Below the pieces are notes generated by a model. The model did no database searches and had not been told where the DNA came from. It worked only from the letters and a program-made list of their open reading frames with translations. Position numbers and translations under genes: made by a program. From Planctomycetota bacterium (GTDB lineage Bacteria; Planctomycetota; JAJSAM01; JAJVHW01), in the NCBI GenBank assembly GCA_965248445.1, contig CBDFJG010000004.1, positions 1,056,001 through 1,120,000 on the forward strand: a stretch of DNA of 64,000 nucleotides, in the 5' to 3' direction. The number at the start of each line of letters is the position of its first letter. Within the stretch, counting starts at the first letter, position 1. Shown here piece by piece: positions 40,613 to 51,838 of this stretch.

Positions 40613-42536
40613 CGTCGCTCGCGAGGCGAGACGTCGAACGTGACGGTCGAATTCTCCCCCGAACGCACACGGACGGACTGCGCTCCGGTCACTGACCAAT
40701 CCGCCCCGAGGTCCCCCACGAACTCCAACTTCCACTCGCCCTCTCGAAGAATGCAACCCCCGGAGCGATCTCGTGGCTGTCACCTGGGGACGTGACTCTG
40801 ACGCTGAATGGAGCCGTATTTCCGCCCTCAAGGGGGACTCCATCTAGTCGTACCTGCGCCGTCACGGTCCCTCCGCGCGTCATGGGGATCTCGACGGCCA
40901 GGGGATCGACTCCAGGCGGTACGTCAACGTCAGCGCTCGCCACCAGCAACTCGCTCTTCTTGCCTACGTCGCCCACCTCCACGCGAAGCCTGTCCGCGCA
41001 GGTCCGGATCGAATACCGCTTCCCAACCTCGATCGTCTTGACTTCCCCCTGTGACGCAAACAGCGGATGGTCCCACCCTTCGCCGCGCCGCGGAGCCGAG
41101 ACCTCGACGTACCCACCAAACGCCTCGTGATCGCTCGTGCTGGGCCACAGCAGCACAATCTCGACAGTTCGGGGTGGCCCAATCGCTATCACCAGATCTC
41201 GACCCGGCGCGTGCAGCATCCCTGACCATCCGTAGGGCCGAATTCGTGCGAGGTAGCGACCAGGGCGGAGGTTCCCGATCGAGAACTCGGCGACCGTGCC
41301 GTCGCCGGTCGTGTCAGACTTGAACGTAACGGAGTCCTGCGACCAGTGGCCATGAGCAGGCGAAGTGGAGTCGTCGTAGAGCAGATTCAGGAATCCCTCG
41401 CCGCCGCCCTCGCTACCCCACCCCGGGTCAACCTGGATCGAGCCCTCGCACGAGACGCGCTCGACGAGTGGGGGGCCGTCGAGGACGCACTCGGTCGGCT
41501 CCTCCGTGTCGTGGACGACGACGCGTGCCTCAGCCCAAGTCGGCTGCTGCAACCGCGGCCCGAGGAAGGTCTCTCGCACCACCAGATCCCAGGTCCCTAC
41601 GGCCACGCCGGTCAGTTCGAACTTCCCGTCCCCCCGACGATCGGGACGGATCACCTGAGCGACGCCGTAGCTGGACGACCGCAGGACCAGACTCGGCCGG
41701 GTCAGCTGGCTCCAGCCACTCACGTTCACGTTGATGCGACCGGCGCGCGGGGGCGTGACCATAGCGAGCGACGCAACCCGCGACGCGACCCACGCGCTCC
41801 CCGGCTCTCTAACACAGACGACCCGGTCGAGGGGATCAACCGGACCAGCAAACCGCGCGCTGCGGTCGGGACCCGTCGGTGGCAAGAGATCCAGGGGTTT
41901 CGGATCAAGATCATCCTCAAGCCACGTGGGCAGGACGACGGGTCCGCCTGGTCGGACGCCGCGAACGTAGGACTCGTTGACTGCGACCGCCTCGAGGTTC
42001 GGGCTCGGCTCTACCCCGAGTCGCCCGCTCCACAGGACGCCGACGACAACCTCGAACGTCCCGTCGTCCAGGTCGACTCCGGAGTTCCATGGCATGGTGT
42101 GGAAGCCGTTCCGCTTGATGACCGAGCGCACGACCCACTCGCGCTCGCCGGCATCCGGTAGCACTACGGCGATACTCTCGGGATCGGCGCCAGCCGGCGC
42201 AATGTGCCACAGAACGCCCTCTGCATCGATCGCTTGGAAGACGATCCAAACCGGGTCCCAATCGGAACCGGGGAAGTCTTCGCGATCTTCCAGCAGTCTG
42301 CCGACGAGCGCGGTTGCTCCGTCCTCTAGTTGCGGGCGGCCGCCGCCGTCCACCGGACGGATATCTGCGCGCGCTCTCGGCGCGCGGGCGCTCTCGTCGG
42401 CCACGACGACGGGGGCGTCGCCGTCGCTCTCACGTGGCGACTCGACGGACTGAGCCGCCGCCCACCACAACACGATCACGAGCGAGAGCGCGAGCAGCGC
42501 CGCCGCCAGGGCGGTGCGGGGGAGCTTCATCGCCAC
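40609..42536 (-). pseudogene. Membrane-anchored carboxypeptidase-regulatory-like domain protein; frameshift near 40750
   Basis: N-terminal TM; NLRPGRY; alternative-frame tail LREGEWKLEF...VRVRSGENSTVTF ends in an ATGA overlap with the next gene. Confidence 0.7.
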
Positions 42537-42560
42537 CGGTGCTCGTGTCCGCGGGGGCGC

Positions 42561-43562
42561 CTACTTGTCGGGCCGCGACGCAACGACGGCGTCAAGCGTC
42601 TCCGGGACCCTTTTGGGTTCGCCCGCGAGGTAGTGGTCGGGGCGCGCGAGCACGTTGCGGATCTTAGCGCGCTGCCGCGGCCTGGGGTCCTGGTACTCGG
42701 AGTCGAGCCGGCGCAGCGCCGGCAGCGCCACGGGCGTTCCGAACGCGCCGAGGGCCTCGACTGATCGCTCCATCACCCACCAGTGGGCGTCGCGGAGCAT
42801 CACGGCGGCGTTCGCGTCGACGGCGTCGCTCCAGTGCGTGGCGCGTAGATCGTTGCAGGGGAGCCATGACGCGACGCCGTCGAGGTGCGCGCGGACCGCG
42901 TCCACGACGAGACGCGGTCCGACGCTGAATGGGACGTTGTCCCCTGAGCTGTAGCCGCAGAACTCACTCTCCAGCAAGCGGCGCTCGCCCGCGACTACGC
43001 GCGTCAGCACGAAGAAGTCGTTCGATGACCACCAGTGGCCCGCGCCAGGGTCTGCGTCCGGGCGGAGACGGAGTTCGGCAGTCGTGCGCGCCTCGGCGCG
43101 GGCGAGGTGCAAAAGTGGAGCGATGTCTGAGGTCGGGACGCGTGCGCGCCGAGCAGCGCACTGCCCAGAACGGCGACCAGGCCACTCGGTCACGTACGTC
43201 ACCTGCTCGACCGTGGTCATCTCGGCGCCTACCGAGAAGCGCACGAACTCGAGATCGCCTCCGTGCCCATTGCCCCACTGCACGTCGAAGGTGCACGGAG
43301 CGGTCACCTGGGCCGCCTCTGCCGAGGAGTCGATGACCAACTCGTACTGCTCCTTGTCGTAGTCCGCGCCGTCGAAGCTGGCGTCCACTCGCGCCTGTGC
43401 GGCGGCGAGACCGTAGTCGTCGTCCAGAGGGTCCGGGGCTGCCGCCTGGGCGACGCCGACGCCGTCGGCGTCGCGCACCGTCCCGAGCAAGCGGACACAG
43501 CCGGCCGCCGCCAGCGCAACGGCCAGTGCGAGGAACGCCGTACGGCGAGGGCTACTTGCCAT
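42561..43562 (-). CDS. Lipoprotein, candidate cognate immunity protein of the Rhs toxin
   Basis: Lipobox AAGC; start overlaps the Rhs-tip stop; paralogue at 32048-33317. Confidence 0.7.
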   Translation of the reverse strand: MASSPRRTAFLALAVALAAAGCVRLLGTVRDADGVGVAQAAAPDPLDDDYGLAAAQARVDASFDGADYDKEQYELVIDSSAEAAQVTAPCTFDVQWGNGHGGDLEFVRFSVGAEMTTVEQVTYVTEWPGRRSGQCAARRARVPTSDIAPLLHLARAEARTTAELRLRPDADPGAGHWWSSNDFFVLTRVVAGERRLLESEFCGYSSGDNVPFSVGPRLVVDAVRAHLDGVASWLPCNDLRATHWSDAVDANAAVMLRDAHWWVMERSVEALGAFGTPVALPALRRLDSEYQDPRPRQRAKIRNVLARPDHYLAGEPKRVPETLDAVVASRPDK

Positions 43563-46500
43563 GCTTTTCATTGTAGCCCTTCTGCTCCTTCGCGTTCTTG
43601 CCGTGGTCGGTGTCCTTGTCGTACTTCTCTTGGCTGTCCCTTCGCTTTTTCTCCGCTTGGTCCTTCTTCTTCTTGCGCTCCTTTTGCGACTTGTCGCTCT
43701 TCTCGCTGCCCTCGATTTGCACCGGGTCGTCGCCGTTCTTACCCTCTCCAGTCTCGTTCGCCTTTTTCGCGGCCGTCTCGTCGAGGTCTCTGTGGATTTC
43801 CTCGTGCTTCTTCACCCACTCGTCGCCGCTCGGGTAGAGGGAGACTGTCTCTATGACGAACACGCAGAACGTACCGAACGAGACGAACGTCACCCCATCC
43901 GAGGAGGTCATGCCGGTGTACGTGCCGAGCTTCGCCTTCAGTTCCCTGGCCGCTCTGCCCAACAGTTCGATCTCGGTGTCGGTGAGATCCATGGTCGCGG
44001 CGGCGGTCTCCACCGCATCGTCGATGTTGTCCTTCGTCTCCTTGTCGGTCTTGCCTGTGTCGTAGGGGACCGCCTTCCCTTGTAGTCGCTCTGTTTCTTC
44101 TTCGCGGCTTGGGCCTTCTTCTTGTCCTTCTTGTCGCTGAGTCCTAACGGGTCGGTCCTGGAGGTGGGCCCTCCGGAAACGTACGCCCGCGCGTTCGGGC
44201 CATCCACGTACTCCAGCGGATCCCGCTGCAGGAACCTCGCGTTCTCCGGATCGTAGTGCCGTGCCCGGTAGTAGAAGAGCCCCGTCTCTTCGTCCAGCCT
44301 CCGCGCCGTGTAGAGGAACGGATTCCCGATCTGCGAGCCGGACACCACCGAACTCCCGATGTCGAAGATCGTGGACTCCCCGTACGGCCCGTAGTCGTAG
44401 CTCTCGACCACGACCTCGTCCGGATCTGTGATGTGCGTGACCGACCCAACGAGCTGTTGGTGGTAGTAGAACCGCTTCAGCTCCGTGGTGTCGGCGTCGG
44501 CGTCGACATCCGCGACGTCGGCAGCCTCCATCATCACGATCTCGTCGAGCGCCTCGCCGAACGCGAAGACGCGCAGGAGGTCGTCCGAGCCGTCCAGCTC
44601 CTCGAGGCACTGCTGGTCGGCGTAGATGAACCGCGTCGTGTCCGACCCGACCACCTTCTCGATCCGACGGCCGCGCCCGACAGCGTCGTAGGAGTACGTG
44701 GCGACGACGTCCGTCGTGCCCGAGTCCTCCACCTTGATCAGGTGGTTGTGCCAGTCATAAGTGTATTCGTACGTGCCGTCGTCGGTGAGGTTGCCGTTGT
44801 CGTCGAACGTGCGTGACGTGCCGCCGACCGCGGAGTACTCGTTCATGCCGTTCGACGTGAAGCTGACGGTGGCGGCGCTCCCGCCCTGCGGCGTCGTCAC
44901 CACCGACGTGAAGTTGAGCACGTCGTCCAGGTTGTAGTCGATCTTGTCGACGTAGACGGTCGGGTTCGCGGGGTTGGTAGCGTCCTGCAGCACCTCGATC
45001 AGGCGGTTCGCCTGGTCATAGCCGTATGCGTCGCCCGCGTTCGACTGGTGTCGGCGCGTCTCGTAGAGCGGGTTGTCGTTCTTGTCCCAGCCGTACTCGA
45101 ACCCGGCGAACTCCGTGGCGCCCGAGTTCGCGTGCGCGAGGTCCGTCTGGCGACGGAAGCCGTCGTACAGGTAGCTCGACGTCGTCCCGTTCGCGAAGCT
45201 GACCTGCTTGCGCCGTGCGCCTGCGCCGTACAAGTCGAAGTCCGCGATGCCGGCGTCCGTCTTGTCGTCGATCGCCGTGAGGCGGTGGATCGTGTCGAAT
45301 TTGCGCCTCGCCTCGAAGCCGGACGGGTACGCGATCTTCGTCGAGTTCCCCTCTGCGTCGAACGTGAACGTCACGGTCTTGGCCGCAGAACCGAAGGGGT
45401 TCGGGCCCTGCTTCTCGGTCAGCGCGCGGCTGAGCGAGTCGTACGTGTACTGGACGATGGAGTCGTTGTCCTTGGCCTCGGTCAGACGGTCCAGCGCGTC
45501 GTACGCGAAGTCCTCGGCCGTGTCACCGCCGACGCCCGACCCGAGCGTGGCGTCGCGGTCGGTCAGACGGTTGATGTCGTCGTAGGCGCAGTCGACGTTC
45601 GTGCCATTCTGGTCGGTGAAGTCGATGACATTGTTCGCGTCGTCGTACGCGTACGTCGCCGTCTCAAGGTCGTCGTAGGTCGTCGTCGTCAGGCGTCCGA
45701 GATCGTCGTACGCGTAGCCCGTCGTGTTCGCGTTGTCGTCCTTCAGCTGGGTGACGTTGTCGAGGTCGTCGTACGTCCACTCGGTGACGATGTCGTCGGC
45801 CCCGGACATGTCGCGGGTCTGCTTCGTAACCCGGCCCAGGCCGTCGTGAACGAGGGTTGTGTTCCAGACCATGGGGTCGATCGTCTTCGCGACCACATTG
45901 CGGCTGTTCCACTTCCACTCCGTGACGTGCTTGTTCGTCGAGAGAGTGCGGTCGACCACCAGCTGCTTGGTGCGCCGGTTGATCGCGTCGAACTCGAAGT
46001 CCGTCACAAAGGCCTCGGTCGACTGCGATCCCGGGATCGCCTCAGTCTCGGTCAGCTTGGTGACGTTGCCGTTGTCGTCGTAGGCCCAGCCGACGTTGCT
46101 GCCCTCCGGATCGATGGCGCCGATGCGGCGCCCAGCGCCGTCGTACGTGAACGTCGTCGCGTCGTTGCGACGGTTCGTGCGCTTGGTGACGAGGCCGCGC
46201 TTGTCGAGTTCGAGCGTCCTCGTCACCCACGTGGTCGTCGTGTCGATCAGCGCGGCCTCCTCCTTGAAGAAGCGGTCCAGCTCGTCGTACGTGCTCTTCC
46301 TGTGCGCCATCAGCACGTCCGTGGTGCCTGCCTCCTCGAACCACTTCCGCTCGGTGACGTTGCTGTTCTTGTCGTAGACGGTCTCGACGTAGTGGGTGAT
46401 CGCGTTGATCGTCTTGTCGCGACGGTCAAACCCGTCGTACTCGTGCAGCGTCGCCTTGCTGCGCGGATCCGTGTACTGGGACAGGTTGCCGTTGGCGTCG

Positions 46501-48100
46501 TAGGCGTACTCGTGGACCGCGTTGATCGCGGGCGCCGCGCCTTCGTCACCGACCCGCTTGTGCAGGAGGTCGCGCTCGTCGTAGTGCAATGAGAACGCCA
46601 CGTCGCTGACGGCGACGCTGCTGCGGTGGTCGTTCGCGTCGTACGTGTAGTTCGTGATGCGGTTCGTGGACGCGCCGATCGCCTCGTTAGCCTGCAGCAT
46701 CCGATCCATCTCGGTGTAGGTGTAGTGCGTGTCCCACCACGCGAGCGGCGTGGACTGCGCCGTCCCGTTCTCGTCGATGTTCTTCACCTCGCGCAGCGTG
46801 ACGTTCAGGTTGCCGTCGTGGGCGAACTTCGTCTCGTACCCGAGACCCGTGGGATAGGCGATCTTGGTGACGTTGCCGTAGGCCTCGACCGTGTAGGTGG
46901 TCTTGTTGCCCTCGGGATCGGTGACCTCCTTGACGGCCCCCCAGTCCGTGTAGTCGTACGTCGTGACCAAGTCCAGCGTGCCGTCATCGACCTTGACCGT
47001 GTGAACGCGGCCCTTCTTGGCACTCGGCGTCGTGTAGTAGGCGTAGCTCGTCTTCTTGCCCTCGCCGTCCGTGCGCGAGGCGAGCGTGCCGTTCGCGTTG
47101 TACGTCAGCGTCTCGCTGATCTCCTGCGATGGGCTGATGTGCGTCGAGTCCGGGTAGTCGATCTGCGTCGGCTGCCCGTCCGAGTTGAGCGTGAAGTCGG
47201 TCTGGTTGCCCTCGGGATCGACGGAGGACGTGCGCCCCCAGAACTTCATGTCGTCGTACGCGATGCTCGTCACGAGGTCGGTCGCGTGGTTCGCCGCATC
47301 GACGTCCGTCTTGCGCCGGATCGAAGTCGGGAGCTTGACCGAGTTGAGCGTGAACTCTGTGCCGTTGCCGGCGGGAAGCTCGACCTCGGTCAGGTAGCCG
47401 TCGGCGTCGTGGGTCCACTCGGTGATCCAGCTGACCGGGTCGCTACTGCGGACGTCACGGTTGCTGAACTGCGTGAGCTTGGTCTTCGTCAGCTTGGTGC
47501 TGTGCCACTCCCAGTCGCGGTCGTTGCCGGCGCGGTCGGTGACGCTGGTCTTCTGGCTTCCCTGGTTCGTGTAGTCGAACTCGAGGTCGTCAGCGGGCCC
47601 GACCTTCTGGATGCTCACGCGATCGCTCGTGTCGTACTCGTTGTGCAGCCAGTGGTTGCCGCGGCCGTCGAGGACGACGGTCATGTTGTTGTTCAGCGAC
47701 CCGTCTGCAGAGCCGTTGATGTAGCGGAACTCGCGGACGATGCCGTTCGGGAAGCTGGTCGTCGCCGGGCCCTCGATGCGGGTCAGCTGCGCCTGGACGT
47801 TGTAGATGAACTTCCATACGCGGCCGTCGGCGTACGTGATCGTCTTGACGCGGCCTGTGTTGTAGTACGCGATCGTGTGGGACACCCCGCGCGTGTCGGC
47901 GATCGAGGTGAGCTGACCGGACCCGTTGTGCGTGGCGGTGATGGCGTTGCCGAACCGGTCCGTGATCGTGTCGATCTTCCCACCCGTGAATAGGAATTGA
48001 AGCCCGTCCGGGAACGTGTACGTGAAGTCGCCCGAGTCGGGATCGGTCTCCTCGAGTTTGCCGGTCCAGCCGCCATCATCGTGGTCCCAGCCCCGCGCAA
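43552..48100 (-). CDS. Rhs/YD-repeat protein with C-terminal HExxH tip; no native N-terminus; 1-nt frameshift at ~44078
   Basis: Many YD repeats; NPFLYTARRLDEETGLFYYRARHYDP...DPLGL core end; shifted frame gives KHEEIHRD...YDKDTDHG. Confidence 0.88.
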
Positions 48101-48946
48101 CGGGATCCGTCTCGATGAACCGTGTTGTGCCGCCGCGAAGACGGAGTTGCGAGTACTCGAGGAACGCCGCGCCGCTGGCGTCGTACACGAGAAGTCCGTC
48201 CGGCAGGAGGTAGACGATTGCCGACCAATCTCGATGGCCGGGACGCGGATGTTCGTGTCGAGCCAGGGCGGATCTGCTGAGCCGACGCGCACGGCTTCGC
48301 GACCGATCAAGATGCCGGCGCCGGCCTGGCGCCGCTGATCGTTGGTCTCCTGCGCAGTCTGCACTCTCCAGACCTTCATCGAGCCCGCAAGCTCGTTGAA
48401 CGCCTCGATCAGGTGCGCGTACGCGGCATCCCAGGACTGCGACAGGTCGTACTTGACGCGCACGACGCGGCGCCGAGATTCCCAGTCCCAGAGCGCACCG
48501 ACACAGGCGGCCGCCACGGCGAATGCAACGACACCGGGGACGGCCCCGAACTTGAAGAACGCAATGCCGATCACGGGCGCCAACAGCACGGCACAACACC
48601 GGTCCCACCGGAAAGCGGTCGACGCCCAGGTGAGCTGTCGCGCCATGTCGTTCGCGCTAGAGCCCCCGCCGATGTCGCGCGCGTCCGCAAGTCGGAACAC
48701 CTTCACCGCGGCGTCGCCGCCGTCCGCCGGAGAGGCGTCGTCGGGGACGCGATCGCGGGGACTGGCGCGGGAGCCACCGAGTTCCTGTCGGTAGTACAGG
48801 CCGTGGCGCCCCGCGTGCACGTAGGAGCGCCCGTTCGGTCGCACGCCGTAGCGGAAGCCCTTGACACCGACGGAGGCGCCGACCCCGCTCTTCGAGAGGT
48901 TCAGGCGGATTGGTCCGACACGGATGCTCTTGCGCAAGTACCACAT
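48100..48946 (-). pseudogene. DUF4236-domain membrane protein; 1-nt frameshift at ~48216; runs into the Rhs core
   Basis: YLRKSIRVGPIRLNLSKSGVGASVGVKG, TM hairpin, then VYLLPDGLLVYD...TTRFIE in the Rhs frame. Confidence 0.8.
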
Positions 48947-49023
48947 CGAACGCTCCTTTCCAGGGGGCGCGCGGACTTATCAGGACTCGTGACGATCGCT
49001 CCGTGCATCGGAGTCGTCCGTCG

Positions 49024-49440
49024 TCACGGGAGGCTAGGTCCGAAGGCCGCCTCAGCGACGCTCCAAGCCTCGTGATCGTCGTCGGGGTCGCCGAAGGCCG
49101 ACCCGTAGACGCTCCGCAGCTCGACGACGGCCGTTGTGGGATCCAGTCGTCGGGCCGTCAGGCTCCATGCGACTTGCGAAGTGAATCCGTCGGTGTGCAA
49201 GGCGACGACCTCGCCCGTGTCGCCGACTTCCAGCTCTCGGCGCGAGAAGAAGACACCGGGGATGGTACGGACCAGGCGAGCGGCTCTCTGGAGCGCCACG
49301 TCGCACGGTTGGCTGGCGGCCGCGCAGGGGTAGGCCCGAGTGGCGTCCGGGGGGCGCGCGGCTAGCTCGGCGGCTGTCCTGCACCCGGAGAGCGTTTGCA
49401 GAACGACGGCGAGCAGGAGGAGCGCGCGGCGAGCGCTCAC
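49024..49440 (-). CDS. Hypothetical lipoprotein
   Basis: Lipobox LSGC; GTGA overlap with the upstream gene. Confidence 0.7.
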   Translation of the reverse strand: MSARRALLLLAVVLQTLSGCRTAAELAARPPDATRAYPCAAASQPCDVALQRAARLVRTIPGVFFSRRELEVGDTGEVVALHTDGFTSQVAWSLTARRLDPTTAVVELRSVYGSAFGDPDDDHEAWSVAEAAFGPSLP

Positions 49441-51734
49441 CTCAACCTCCAGACCTCGAACTCCATCTGGAACCTGCCGTCGTACCTCTTCAGGTCGTCG
49501 AGCGTCTCGAAGCCGTGCACAGTGAGCAAGAGCGTCACGGCGTCACCGTCGTTGAGTTGCTCGTGGAGCTGCGGATCCGGCACGCGCACCCAATGCTCCG
49601 CAGCCTGCGCTCCCCAGCGTCGATCGCTCTTCTTCTCGGCAGCCAGCAGGCGCCCCTTCACGCGAACGAGCGCCTCACCGTCCCTCACCCGCACGACGCT
49701 TCCCGGGATGGCGTACCGTCGCTTGGATGCACTCCGGTACTGCGTCCACGCGCTCGACCATCTCCCGGCCATGGCGTCGTCGGCGTAGTTCCACAACCAC
49801 CGCTGAAAAGACCCGAGGTCGAGAGGCGGTGGGTCGGTCGCGCGGTCCTCCGGCCCGGGGTTCGGCTCGAACACCCGCCGGTAGCGGTACGGCGCTTCCA
49901 GCGTCAGGCAGTTCACCGCCGTGGAGTAGATGCGTCCGCCCTCCGGCGCCCATGGGTCAACGGGGTCCCACGAGCCGACCTCATCGCGTTCTACGTCGGT
50001 GCGCTGGTGCTGCACGATGGCGGTCTCAGTCGCCGCTCTCCATCTGGGCCAGTACTTGCCGCCGACCTGGAACATCGAGAGCGTGGCGTAGTACCAGTAG
50101 TAGAAGTCGATCGCGCCTGCGTCGACGTCCCAACGCGGGGGCTTCTTGGCCATCAGCGCGGCGCCCTTCTTGATGAACTCGTTCCTCGCCGGGTCCTGGC
50201 CGGCGAAGATGCGCACGAGCAGTCCCACACCGGAGAGCGACTCGCTCTGGTCGGCCGGGAATTTCTCCTGCATGTCTTGCGTACGCGCCGGCGGACCGCC
50301 GCGACGCTGATAGCCGACGCGACCGGTCTTGGGATCGGTCATCTTCTCGATCCACGCCATGGCGCCGCGGAACGCGCCCGCGTCGACCTTGAGTTCCGCC
50401 ATCTTGGCGGACTTCAGCACCATCACGGCCCAGCCGGTGACGGACGTGTCGTTCTCCCCATCGCGGATGCCGTAGCGCCAGGCCAGGTAGGGGTTCTGCG
50501 ACTTGTGGACGAAGTTGACGCCGCGCTGTGCGGGTCGCTCGAAGATGGGCGACCCGGTCATGCCGTACGCCTCAACCATCGCCAGGGCGGCGCACATGTG
50601 GTTATACGTCCACTGGTGCCCGACCTGCGGGCCGAAGCAGCCCTCGCCGTCCTGGATGCCGGTGAGGTAGCGCAGGCCGCGCCCCACCGTCTCCTTGTGC
50701 TGGCCGCTGTTATGCGTCTCGCCCGCGCCGAGGAAGCAGAGGAGCGCGAGGCCGGACTGCGCCGGGTCGTACACGCTCTCGCCGGGGGCGCTGCACTGGT
50801 TGACCTTGCACAGGTCTTGGAACCCGTCGGAGTCCCAGTGGCCGCCGGGGCTCTGGTGGTTGCTCAGCCACTCGAGCGCGAGGTCCACGGCGACTTGCGA
50901 CTTGCGGCCGCCCTCGCTCCCACGCAGCTTGGCCCGAGCAGCTCGGCGGTCGCCGAATGCGTTGCCGCCGAGGACGCCGCCACTCGTGGGCTGCGTGTCT
51001 GCTGTGTCCTCCTCAGCAGGCACGGACACGCCGCCGGCAACGTCCGTCTTGGCTGGGCCTGGAACCGCCAGCCCGAGGGCCCAGTGGTAGAAGTTGAGAT
51101 CCCATCGCCGGCTGTCGATCCCGGTCGGGCTGACGCGGAAGTAGAGCGAGGTCTTGCCGGTCGGCACCCGCCCCGCGAACGCCGCCCCGGGAGCTGCTCG
51201 CGCGACCACCTCCGCATCGTCCGGAAGACCGCCAACGGTGATCACGTGCTGCGTGGTGCGGAAGCGCAGCTTGCCACAATCGGTGCTCACGACGTGATCG
51301 ACGGGCTCCGCTGCGAGCCCACTGCTGCGCTCGCTCAGACGGCGGTGCGAAACCTCAAGGCCGAACAGTTCGCCGTACGTGACGAGTTCGTCGTTCTCCA
51401 GCAGGAACTTCGCCTTCGTCGATGCGAGCCAGTTCCGGAACACCTGGCGTTGCACGGACGAGAGTGCATCGACATCCAGGTCGAGGGCGACGAAGTCCTC
51501 CGTGTACGCGGGGTTCTCGCGGAGTCGCCAGACGTCCGACTTCGTGACGTACCGGATGGTGGGCCGCTGCCCTGACCGGATCGCGGCGTCCATCTTCTCC
51601 AGGACCTCCGGCGGGATCACGTCCTCGTCCGCGACGCTCCTGTCCTGCGCGTCGGCCCGTTGCACGCGGAGCTGCGGCGCCCAGCACGCGACGAGGCAGA
51701 GCACCCCGCCGATCCCGATATGCGTTCGCTTCAT
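49437..51734 (-). CDS. Exported prenyltransferase/squalene-oxidase repeat protein
   Basis: ALEWLSNHQSPGGHW, LALLCFLGAG, DTSVTGW, YYWYYAT, GGRIYSTA. Confidence 0.85.
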   Translation of the reverse strand: MKRTHIGIGGVLCLVACWAPQLRVQRADAQDRSVADEDVIPPEVLEKMDAAIRSGQRPTIRYVTKSDVWRLRENPAYTEDFVALDLDVDALSSVQRQVFRNWLASTKAKFLLENDELVTYGELFGLEVSHRRLSERSSGLAAEPVDHVVSTDCGKLRFRTTQHVITVGGLPDDAEVVARAAPGAAFAGRVPTGKTSLYFRVSPTGIDSRRWDLNFYHWALGLAVPGPAKTDVAGGVSVPAEEDTADTQPTSGGVLGGNAFGDRRAARAKLRGSEGGRKSQVAVDLALEWLSNHQSPGGHWDSDGFQDLCKVNQCSAPGESVYDPAQSGLALLCFLGAGETHNSGQHKETVGRGLRYLTGIQDGEGCFGPQVGHQWTYNHMCAALAMVEAYGMTGSPIFERPAQRGVNFVHKSQNPYLAWRYGIRDGENDTSVTGWAVMVLKSAKMAELKVDAGAFRGAMAWIEKMTDPKTGRVGYQRRGGPPARTQDMQEKFPADQSESLSGVGLLVRIFAGQDPARNEFIKKGAALMAKKPPRWDVDAGAIDFYYWYYATLSMFQVGGKYWPRWRAATETAIVQHQRTDVERDEVGSWDPVDPWAPEGGRIYSTAVNCLTLEAPYRYRRVFEPNPGPEDRATDPPPLDLGSFQRWLWNYADDAMAGRWSSAWTQYRSASKRRYAIPGSVVRVRDGEALVRVKGRLLAAEKKSDRRWGAQAAEHWVRVPDPQLHEQLNDGDAVTLLLTVHGFETLDDLKRYDGRFQMEFEVWRLR

Positions 51735-51838
51735 CCCTCACCTCCTGCCGGAGTGGCCGAGTCGCGTTCCGAGCAAGCTTCGCGCGGACGCCCGCACTTC
51801 GCCAGCGTGACCTCGAAGCCGACGCCGGAGCGTGCCCG

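Noticed and set aside
45048..51575. Long + strand ORFs (514, 455, 686 aa) and similar antisense ORFs throughout
   Set aside because: Shadow frames of real genes in high-GC DNA; they carry no motifs.
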